Assembly: GCA_944382785.1 (NCBI GenBank)
Contig: CALWNO010000008.1
Span: 851 to 64,850 of the forward strand
Length of the DNA stretch: 64,000 nucleotides
DNA from: an uncultured Gemmiger sp.
GTDB taxonomy: Bacteria; Bacillota; Clostridia; Oscillospirales; Ruminococcaceae
Direction: 5' to 3'
In this document: positions 51,609 through 58,810 of the stretch, in pieces
How the letters are laid out: every line of letters begins with the position of its first letter
Position numbering within the stretch: position 1 is the first letter of the stretch
Program-made: the position numbers and the translations under genes
The notes under the pieces: model-generated
Database searches by the model: none
The model's input: the letters and a program-made list of their open reading frames with translations, nothing else
What the model was told of the DNA's origin: nothing

Positions 51609-52496
51609 ATGCCGCAAACGATGGTCGCCGCCGTGCAGATGTCCTGCTCGGCCAACCCGGCTGAAAACATTGCCCACGCCGAGGAACTGGTCCGGCAGGC
51701 AGCGTCTCAGGGAGCGCAGATCATCCTGCTGCCCGAGCTGTTTGAACGGCCCTATTTTTGCCAGGAACGCCGATATGACTATTACGCCTACGCCACGCCG
51801 CTGGCAGAAAATCCGGCAGTTCAGCGATTTTCTCAGGTGTGCCGGGAACTGGAAATCGTCGTGCCCGTCAGCTTTTATGAGGCGGACGGAACCCGGCTGT
51901 TCAACAGTGTGGCCATGATCGATGCCGACGGCAGTGTGTTGGGCGTTTATCGCAAAACGCATATTCCGGATGACCATTATTATCAGGAAAAGTTTTATTT
52001 CACGCCGGGCAATACCGGCTTCCGGGTGTTTGAAACCCGATATGGCCGGGTGGGGGTTGGCATCTGCTGGGACCAGTGGTTCCCGGAAACCGCTCGCTGC
52101 CTGGCGCTGGCCGGGGCGGATGTGATCCTGTACCCCACGGCCATCGGCAGTGAACCGATTCTGGATGTGGACAGTGCCGGACATTGGCAGCGCACCATGC
52201 AGGGCCATTCTGCCGCCAATGTGGTGCCGGTGGTGGCGGCTAACCGGTATGGGGTGGAAGTTGTCAGCCCCTGTGCCGAGAACGGCGGCCAGCAAAGCGC
52301 GCTGCGTTTTTACGGCACCAGCTTCCTGACAGATGAAACCGGTGCTGTTCTGGCACAGGCGGACCGGGATGGTGACGCTGTCCTGACTGCCTCCTACGAC
52401 TTTGCCGCCAATCGCCAGGCCCGCCTGGAGTGGGGCCTGTTCCGGGACCGCCGTCCCGAATGCTACGGCGCCATCTGCGACCTGGATGAACTCTGA
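51609..52496 (+). CDS. aguB: N-carbamoylputrescine amidase
   Basis: Nitrilase triad ELF...YRKTHIPD...ICWDQWFPE; YPTAIGSEP; MQGHSAAN. Confidence 0.95.
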   Translation: MPQTMVAAVQMSCSANPAENIAHAEELVRQAASQGAQIILLPELFERPYFCQERRYDYYAYATPLAENPAVQRFSQVCRELEIVVPVSFYEADGTRLFNSVAMIDADGSVLGVYRKTHIPDDHYYQEKFYFTPGNTGFRVFETRYGRVGVGICWDQWFPETARCLALAGADVILYPTAIGSEPILDVDSAGHWQRTMQGHSAANVVPVVAANRYGVEVVSPCAENGGQQSALRFYGTSFLTDETGAVLAQADRDGDAVLTASYDFAANRQARLEWGLFRDRRPECYGAICDLDEL

Positions 52497-52505
52497 TTCT
52501 TACCC

Positions 52506-52554
52506 AAATCCCCCCATACACGGACTGCTTTCCGTGTACGGGGGGGATTTTTTT
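52506..52554. terminator. Bidirectional terminator
   Basis: AAATCCCCCC(a)TACACGG...CCGTGTA(cg)GGGGGGATTT plus T run, between convergent genes. Confidence 0.8.
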
Positions 52555-52563
52555 GTTGCGGAT

Positions 52564-52860
52564 TCAGCGGTCGGCGCGGGTGGCGCACTGAGGTCCGCAG
52601 CTGCATTCCTTGATGGTGATGTGCATGGCAGAGCAGTGGCTGTGATTGTTGTAGCGGCAGCCCATGTCATCGCAGCGAATGGCTGTTTCAGCGGTCGGCG
52701 GAACGTTGTCGGTGCAGACGTTGCCGTAGGCTTCATTGTTGCGGTAACTGCTGCAGACTGAGTCGGCAGCACCGGTATGGTGTACGCTCACGCCGTCCAG
52801 GCAGCATCCGCCACCTTTATTATGACAGCAGTCGGACTGGGAACAATCAAGATAACACAT
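52564..52860 (-). CDS. Small Cys-rich protein with two DUF1540-like repeats
   Basis: Two CxxxxCxxNxxxxCxxxxI/V...C units; SD GGAGGTG. Confidence 0.8.
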   Translation of the reverse strand: MCYLDCSQSDCCHNKGGGCCLDGVSVHHTGAADSVCSSYRNNEAYGNVCTDNVPPTAETAIRCDDMGCRYNNHSHCSAMHITIKECSCGPQCATRADR

Positions 52861-53060
52861 TTTCTATCACCTCCACAAGCAGGATACCCCTCAGGCATGT
52901 AAATATGTATGGGCAGGTGGGACCCTGACCCTACCAAATCTTCACACAGGCAACAGATTTCTATCACATTTCCGGGCTATGCTAAATGGATAAAGCGGAA
53001 AATGCCGCCGGATTGCCGATGTATTTGATGCATCGGCGCAGATTAAAGAGGCAACTGTTT

Positions 53061-54686
53061 ATGAAAAAATACACATCCTGGTTTGGTGTGATGCTCGTAT
53101 TCCTGTTTGCGGCATGTGCGGTGAGGCTGATGCCAGATGGTGCGGACTTGGACAGTACGATGCTGACGGGACAGGTGCTGCAGCGGGATGCCGATACCGT
53201 TACCTTGAATCTGGGAGAATTGACCCTTGTGCAGACACCGGAAAGTGCCGTGCCTGTTTCCATACTGCCGTCGGACGTGACACAAACGGTGCGTCTTTCT
53301 TCCCACGCGGCTCCCAATGGGCAGACCTGGCAAAATGAATCAAGGGTATTCGTTTCCTGGCAGCGGGATGCGGTGCTGGATCTGAGCGGCGCTCAGTGTT
53401 TCGCTCTGGGGCAGACGGGTTCCGTGGAAACGATCACACCGGAAACGATCACGCCCCAGGATATCCTGAACGTGACCATGGACAGCAGCAACACCCCCGT
53501 CATGGTGTTCGTACTGACGGGGGTGCCAAAGAGTGAGGCGGATACGGAATCCTTGCAGGGAACGGCGGCCAACCTTATCGACAAAAATACCAGCCAGAAT
53601 GGCGGGGACTATAAATCCACCGTTGCGGACGAGAATGCTCTGCGGGTTGTAGCCGGGGAGGTCAGCCTTTGGAAGGCACAGGTGACCAAGGACGCCGGTG
53701 ATGGTTCGGATCGTGAGGCGGGGGACCGCTACGGTATGAATGCGGCTTTGCTGGCCACCGGGGGCACCAACCTGAAGGTGATCAAAAGTGTGGTGGACTC
53801 GGCCGCCACCGGCGGCAGCGGAATTTTCGGCCACGGCAGCGGAACCTCCGTACAGCTCAACGATAGCACGGTCACCACCACCGGCGACAATGCCGAGGGG
53901 CTTCAGGTGTCCGACGGTGCCGCTATCCATGCTGATGTGGTGACGGTCACAACAGCAGGCGATTCCTCCCCGGTCCTTTGGGTAAAAAACGGCAGTTTGG
54001 AAATTGCAGGCGGCACGTATATGTCGGGCGGCTACCATTCACCGGCCGTTTTTGCAGCCGGTTATGTACGGGCACGCAATGCAGATCTGATTGCCAATAA
54101 TTCAGAGGCAGCGGTGCTGAGGGGCTCCGGTACGGTTGTATTGGAAAACTGTAATCTTCGGGGCAGCATATGTAGTGATACTGAAACGACGGAGCAGGCC
54201 GGTACCGTACGGATCCTCGGCGGCAGCGGTCCTGCCCAGGAGTCCGCCTCTTTTTCCATGACCGGCGGCAGTCTGTCCTCTGCCTGCGGTGCGGTGTTTT
54301 ATGCAGAGGATACAGATTGTGAGCTCAATCTGGAACGGGTAGAAATTCAGAATGAGGACGGTGGTCCATTGCTGCAGGTGGCGGGAACAACCGGGGAAGG
54401 TGCCACCGTTACGCTGACCGCACGCCGGCAAACGCTGGAGGGAAATCTGGTGGTGAACAGTGATTCTGCTTTACAGCTGAATCTGCAGGACGCCAGCCGA
54501 CTGCAAGGGGCTGTTTATTCTGACGGAGCGGTGAAGGCCGGTGGAAGTATATCGGTTCATATTGATCGGGGATGCACCTGGTCGCTGACCGGCAACAGCA
54601 TGGTGGATACGCTGGAAAATGAAGGCGAGATCCAATATAACGGCTATTCCATCACGCTGGGGGATGGCACGGTACTCACATCCTGA
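53061..54686 (+). CDS. Secreted or lipoprotein-like protein with a probable beta-helix C-terminal region
   Basis: Signal peptide with a near-lipobox LFAAC; Gly/Ser/Thr/Val-rich beta repeats; ends W.LTGNS.V..L.N.G. Confidence 0.75.
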   Translation: MKKYTSWFGVMLVFLFAACAVRLMPDGADLDSTMLTGQVLQRDADTVTLNLGELTLVQTPESAVPVSILPSDVTQTVRLSSHAAPNGQTWQNESRVFVSWQRDAVLDLSGAQCFALGQTGSVETITPETITPQDILNVTMDSSNTPVMVFVLTGVPKSEADTESLQGTAANLIDKNTSQNGGDYKSTVADENALRVVAGEVSLWKAQVTKDAGDGSDREAGDRYGMNAALLATGGTNLKVIKSVVDSAATGGSGIFGHGSGTSVQLNDSTVTTTGDNAEGLQVSDGAAIHADVVTVTTAGDSSPVLWVKNGSLEIAGGTYMSGGYHSPAVFAAGYVRARNADLIANNSEAAVLRGSGTVVLENCNLRGSICSDTETTEQAGTVRILGGSGPAQESASFSMTGGSLSSACGAVFYAEDTDCELNLERVEIQNEDGGPLLQVAGTTGEGATVTLTARRQTLEGNLVVNSDSALQLNLQDASRLQGAVYSDGAVKAGGSISVHIDRGCTWSLTGNSMVDTLENEGEIQYNGYSITLGDGTVLTS

Positions 54687-54691
54687 AACAG

Positions 54692-54724
54692 AAAAAGAAG
54701 CTTCCCGCAGGAGGCTTCTTTTTT
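54692..54724 (+). terminator. Intrinsic terminator
   Basis: AAAAAGAAGCTTCC-cgca-GGAGGCTTCTTTTT. Confidence 0.85.
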
Positions 54725-54777
54725 GTTTGGTGGTGGTGTGGTATAATGCAGAAAAAGATGGACAGGAGGAAAGGAAT

Positions 54778-55065
54778 ATGCCGATCTCTGTGCTTACCCC
54801 GATTTTGGACGGGTGGCTGCTGTTGGCCAATCTGATGGGGCTTATTCTGATGGGAGCCGATAAAGGCCGTGCCAGACGGGGTGCATGGCGTGTACCCGAA
54901 AAAACGTTTTTTGTGCTGGCCCTGCTGGGGGGCAGCCTGGGATGCTGGGCAGGAATGTATCTTTTCCGGCACAAAACCAAACACTGGTATTTTGTTCTTG
55001 GGATGCCGCTGATTCTGGCAGGACAAATTTTGCTTGCTTGTTGGCTGAAAATCCCTCTGTTGTAA
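54778..55065 (+). CDS. DUF1294 family small membrane protein
   Basis: MGADKGRARRGAWRVPEKT...GGSLG..AGMYLFRHKTKHWYF. Confidence 0.9.
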   Translation: MPISVLTPILDGWLLLANLMGLILMGADKGRARRGAWRVPEKTFFVLALLGGSLGCWAGMYLFRHKTKHWYFVLGMPLILAGQILLACWLKIPLL

Positions 55066-55161
55066 AGTCTGTGCAAAATAACCGCACATTTCTTGCCTTG
55101 AGGATACCTGTGTGCTATACTGGAAGCAATTGGACACATGTATAAACGAGGTGAATCTTTC

Positions 55162-56154
55162 ATGGAAATCATGAATGTACAGCTGGCACCCAACAATGCC
55201 CGTCTGACTTGTTATCTGCAGGATAAAAGTGATGCCATGCCCAACGTGGACATCCGCCCCGCCGCGCTGGTTTTGCCGGGCGGCGGCTATCAATATTGTT
55301 CCGACCGGGAGGCGGAACCGGTGGCTCTCGCCTATATGGCAGAGGGGTTCAATGCCTTTGTTCTGCGCTATACCACCGGAATGGACTGCCCGCTGGACAA
55401 ATCCTTGCAGGATGCCCGGGCGGCTTTGGCTTATCTGCGCCAAAACGCCGCCGACCTGCGCATAGATCCCCATATGATTGCAGCGGTGGGGTTCTCCGCC
55501 GGGGGACATTTGGCGGCGGCTCTGGGCACGCAAAGCGAAGAAAAGCCGGACGCCCTGGTGCTGGGATATGCGGTGACACTGGGCGCCACCTGGGCGCCTA
55601 TGGGCAGGCCCTCCGAGCCGAACCTGGGAGACCTGGTCACCGATACAACGCCGCCCGCCTTTATCTTTGCCACCCAGGGGGACACGCTGGTGCCGGTCAA
55701 AAACAGCCTGGTGTTTGCGGATGCGCTGGCCGACCACGATATTCCTTTTGCCCTGCACATTTTCCCTGTGGGGGAACACGGGCTGTCCCTGGCCCGTCCC
55801 TGCACCAGCAAGGGGGATCTGAGCAAGGTAAATTCGGATGTGGCACGCTGGCTTCCCATGAGCATCAGCTTCCTGCAGGATATCTGGGGGGCCCTGGGGG
55901 TGGTTTCTCCTCGCCCGGAACTGCGTGCCCAGATGGGCGGCGGCAAAGCCGGACTGGACGTTCCGTTCAAAAGGCTGCTCAAGAATCCCGGTGCGGCGGA
56001 GGTACTGCAGCGGCGGCTGCCGGAAGTGGTCGGAATTTTGCGGCAGAATCCGCTGCTCAAGGGGGCTTCGCTGCGTCAGCTGGCCGGCTTCATGCCGGAT
56101 GCCTACCCCGAAGATCTGTTGCGCTCGATTGATGAGGAACTTTCCAAGGTATAA
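55162..56154 (+). CDS. Alpha/beta hydrolase (esterase/lipase)
   Basis: LPGGGY oxyanion motif, GFSAGGHLA nucleophile elbow, D..VP, HGLS. Confidence 0.9.
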   Translation: MEIMNVQLAPNNARLTCYLQDKSDAMPNVDIRPAALVLPGGGYQYCSDREAEPVALAYMAEGFNAFVLRYTTGMDCPLDKSLQDARAALAYLRQNAADLRIDPHMIAAVGFSAGGHLAAALGTQSEEKPDALVLGYAVTLGATWAPMGRPSEPNLGDLVTDTTPPAFIFATQGDTLVPVKNSLVFADALADHDIPFALHIFPVGEHGLSLARPCTSKGDLSKVNSDVARWLPMSISFLQDIWGALGVVSPRPELRAQMGGGKAGLDVPFKRLLKNPGAAEVLQRRLPEVVGILRQNPLLKGASLRQLAGFMPDAYPEDLLRSIDEELSKV

Positions 56155-56168
56155 AGGAGGGTATTTGT

Positions 56169-56521
56169 ATGCTGTTTTTGCAATATCCGCCCTGCTCTAC
56201 CTGTCGCAAGGCCAGGGCCTGGTTGGATGAGCACGGTGTGATCTACACGGCACGTCACATCAAGGAGGAAAACCCTTCCTACGAAGAACTGAAATCCTGG
56301 CAGGCCAAAGCAGTTTGCCCCTTAAAAAGTTCTTCAATACAAGCGGGCAGCTGTATAAATCCCTGCAGCTGAAGGAAAAACTGCCTTCCATGAGCGAGGA
56401 AGAACAGCTGCGCCTGCTGGCGGGAGACGGTATGCTGGTCAAACGGCCGATCGTTGTAACCGATGATGGCAAGGTGCTGGTGGGGTTCCGTCCGGCCGAG
56501 TGGGAACAGGCTCTCCTGTAA
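56169..56521 (+). pseudogene. ArsC/Spx (YusI-like) family protein split by a 1-nt frameshift
   Basis: YPPCSTCRKA..WL in one frame; PLKKFFNTSG..YK...MLVKRP...VGF in another; one extra A at 56307-56309 restores ...WQAKSSLPLKKFFNTSG. Confidence 0.8.
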
Positions 56522-56550
56522 GGAGAGGCAGCAAAAGGGGCGTGTGCAGT

Positions 56551-56769
56551 ATGTTTTTCAAACGAAAGAAATCCCGCGTCCTGACCCCGCCGGAGGGACT
56601 GGGGATCCGGGATATCCGGCGGCAAAGCAGCATCTGCACAGGGGAAACGGTCATTGGGTTTCTGGAGCCGAAAACGGGCCGCCTCCTGCAAGCTGTGGTG
56701 GTGCGCTCTGCCAGGGAGGAAGCTGACTTTTACCGCTCGTACGGCTTCCAACCTCCCATGGGGCTGTGA
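56551..56769 (+). CDS. Small conserved hypothetical protein
   Basis: 72 aa, SSICTGETVIGF...GRLLQAVVVRS...FYRSYG; resembles a recurring clostridial small protein (recalled, not searched). Confidence 0.65.
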   Translation: MFFKRKKSRVLTPPEGLGIRDIRRQSSICTGETVIGFLEPKTGRLLQAVVVRSAREEADFYRSYGFQPPMGL

Positions 56770-56970
56770 TTTTCTTAACTTTGTAATATATTTTGCTATA
56801 TTTTGCTTTTTTCCGCCAAGAGCCATTGAAATGAGCAATATTCGCACGAATACGGTCTTGACCCCCTTTGCAGGCAGCAAAATTGGTGCTATACTTACTC
56901 TGTAAGAAGATGTGGCGCCATGTGTCGCTATAGTGGGCGGCAGAGTGGCGAAAGAATCGGAGGTTACAGT

Positions 56971-57936
56971 ATGGAACTTTTTGAACGCTTTGAAACACAG
57001 CTCAAGGCAAATCCCAAGACCATCGTTTTCACCGAGGGTCCGGACGCCCGTATTCTGAGCGCGGCCAGCCGTCTGCTGGCCGGCAAGGTGCTGAACGTTA
57101 TCCTGCTCGGCAATCCCGAGGAGGTCAAGGCGGCAGCTGCAGCGGGTGGATTTGACATCACTGGTGCCCAGATCATCGACCCTGTTCATTATGAAGGCTT
57201 TGATGAGATGGTTGCCAAGATGGTTGAGCTGCGCAAAGGCAAAATGACCGAGGAGCAGTGTCGCGCCGCTATGGCGAAGGGCAATTACTTCGGCACCATG
57301 CTGGTCAAGATGGGCAAGGCGGACTGCCTGCTGGGCGGCGCCACCTACTCCACCGCCGATACCGTTCGCCCGGCTCTGCAGCTGATCAAGTGCAAGCCCG
57401 GTGTCAAGTCTGTCAGCTCCTGCTTCATTCTGGTCCGTGGGGACGAGATGCTGGCTATGGGCGACTGCGCCATCAACATCGATCCCACTGAGGATGAGAT
57501 CGTGGAGATCACGGTCCAGACTGCCAAGACTGCTTCCGTTTTCGGCATTGATCCCCGCGTGGCGCTGCTGTCCTACTCTTCCAAGGGTTCCGGCAAGGGC
57601 GAAACCGTGGACAAGATGCGCAATGCCACGGCCCGGGTTCAGGCCGATCATCCCGAACTGAAGGTGGACGGTGAACTGCAGTTCGACGCCGCCGTGGCGC
57701 CGGAAGTGGGTCAGCTGAAGGCGAAGGGCAGCCCGGTTGCCGGCTATGCCAACACCTTTATCTTCCCCAACATCAATGCCGGTAACATCGGTTATAAGAT
57801 CGCCCAGCGTCTGGGTGGCTTTGAGGCCTATGGCCCCATCCTGCAGGGCCTGAATGCTCCTATCAACGACCTGTCCCGCGGCTGCAACGCCGAGGAAGTC
57901 TACAAGATGGCGCTGATCACTGCTGCGCTGATCTGA
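56971..57936 (+). CDS. pta: Phosphate acetyltransferase
   Basis: IVFTEG.D.RIL.AA, STADTVRPALQ, GDCAINIDP, ALLSYSSKGS, DGELQFDAA, GNIGYKIAQR, GPILQG, NDLSRGC. Confidence 0.97.
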   Translation: MELFERFETQLKANPKTIVFTEGPDARILSAASRLLAGKVLNVILLGNPEEVKAAAAAGGFDITGAQIIDPVHYEGFDEMVAKMVELRKGKMTEEQCRAAMAKGNYFGTMLVKMGKADCLLGGATYSTADTVRPALQLIKCKPGVKSVSSCFILVRGDEMLAMGDCAINIDPTEDEIVEITVQTAKTASVFGIDPRVALLSYSSKGSGKGETVDKMRNATARVQADHPELKVDGELQFDAAVAPEVGQLKAKGSPVAGYANTFIFPNINAGNIGYKIAQRLGGFEAYGPILQGLNAPINDLSRGCNAEEVYKMALITAALI

Positions 57937-57960
57937 AAGCGTTTTTCTACATAACCAAAA

Positions 57961-57998
57961 TGTCCCGCACCGGTTTTGTACGGTGCGGGACACTTTTT
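57961..57998 (+). terminator. Terminator after pta
   Basis: TGTCCCGCACCG-gttttgta-CGGTGCGGGACA then CTTTTT. Confidence 0.85.
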
Positions 57999-58015
57999 AT
58001 GGCGCCGAATAGGCA

Positions 58016-58275
58016 TGATAAAATCCCCCAGTTCAACTGGGGGTCAATAAAATTACTTCAGTAAATGGAATAGGTTCCGGCGTTAGCCGGAACCTAAAGT
58101 GAAGGAATATGGTTTTGAATAGTGTACAGATTGCTTGATATAGCCCCGTATAAGGGGCTTGCAGTGCAAAAGGTGTGATTGAAAAATAGTTCAATGCCCT
58201 CTTTAGAGGGCTACCACAGGAGATAGGCCCTTATAGGGCCTGTTCAAACCACCCGTTCAACGGGTGGTTTTGATT
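58016..58275 (+). mobile_element. Non-autonomous IS200-family-derived palindromic element (MITE/PATE-like), no transposase
   Basis: Seven hairpins; right end GCCCTTATAGGGC-N4-TCAAACCACC...GGTGGTTTTGATT matches the reverse complement of the IS200 end at 63630-63678. Confidence 0.75.
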
Positions 58276-58289
58276 CCTCAGGGATTATC

Positions 58290-58331
58290 AAAACAGCGGC
58301 CGGTGTTTGCGTTAACCGGCCGCTGTTTTTT
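58290..58331 (-). terminator. Terminator after luxS (bidirectional form)
   Basis: AAAACAGCGGCCGGT...ACCGGCCGCTGTTTT 15-bp stem. Confidence 0.85.
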
Positions 58332-58345
58332 GCTCTCAGAACAGA

Positions 58346-58804
58346 TTATAGCTTGTAACGGAGATGATCGGCATCCAGCTTCTGCAGAACACCCAGCATA
58401 GTCCGGCACTCCTTGCGGGCACCGTCCGGGTCCATCAGGCGATAGTTGCCGCATTCGGTTTCACTGGCACCGGGGATAGGACCGTCGTAGTCTGCCATCC
58501 AGGCAAAGGCCTCGGTGGTCAGTTGAAGAGCTTCGCCGTCGGTCATGCCCTGGGTCAACAGATAAAAACCAGTCAGGCATCCCATAGGCCCTACATACAC
58601 CACATGGTCACTCCAGCGGCTGTTGCGGGCATAGGTGGCAAACAGATGTTCAATGGTATGTGCGACAGCGGGGGAGAGGTAATCTCCGTGATTCGGCCGC
58701 TTCATCCGCACATCCCAGGTACGGACTTCCCCGTCCTGACGGGAAAGATACATGCCGGGCATCAGGGTCGTGTGGTCAACGCAAAAGCTGGCAATGCGTT
58801 CCAT
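58346..58804 (-). CDS. luxS: S-ribosylhomocysteine lyase
   Basis: IASFCVDHT, HTIEHLFAT, GPMGCLTGFYL, IPGASETECGNY. Confidence 0.97.
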   Translation of the reverse strand: MERIASFCVDHTTLMPGMYLSRQDGEVRTWDVRMKRPNHGDYLSPAVAHTIEHLFATYARNSRWSDHVVYVGPMGCLTGFYLLTQGMTDGEALQLTTEAFAWMADYDGPIPGASETECGNYRLMDPDGARKECRTMLGVLQKLDADHLRYKL

Positions 58805-58810
58805 CTCAGA

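Noticed and set aside
52949-53018. c-di-GMP-I (GEMM) riboswitch upstream of the beta-helix gene (GGCAA...TTGCC)
   Set aside because: Lacks the GAAA tetraloop stem and the GACGCAAAGC core
53426-53455. 15-bp tandem duplication (ETITP ETITP)
   Set aside because: Two units only, in frame; an ordinary local slippage event
58016-58275. CRISPR array interpretation of the palindromic cluster
   Set aside because: The hairpins are not identical repeats with regular spacers, and no cas genes are in the window
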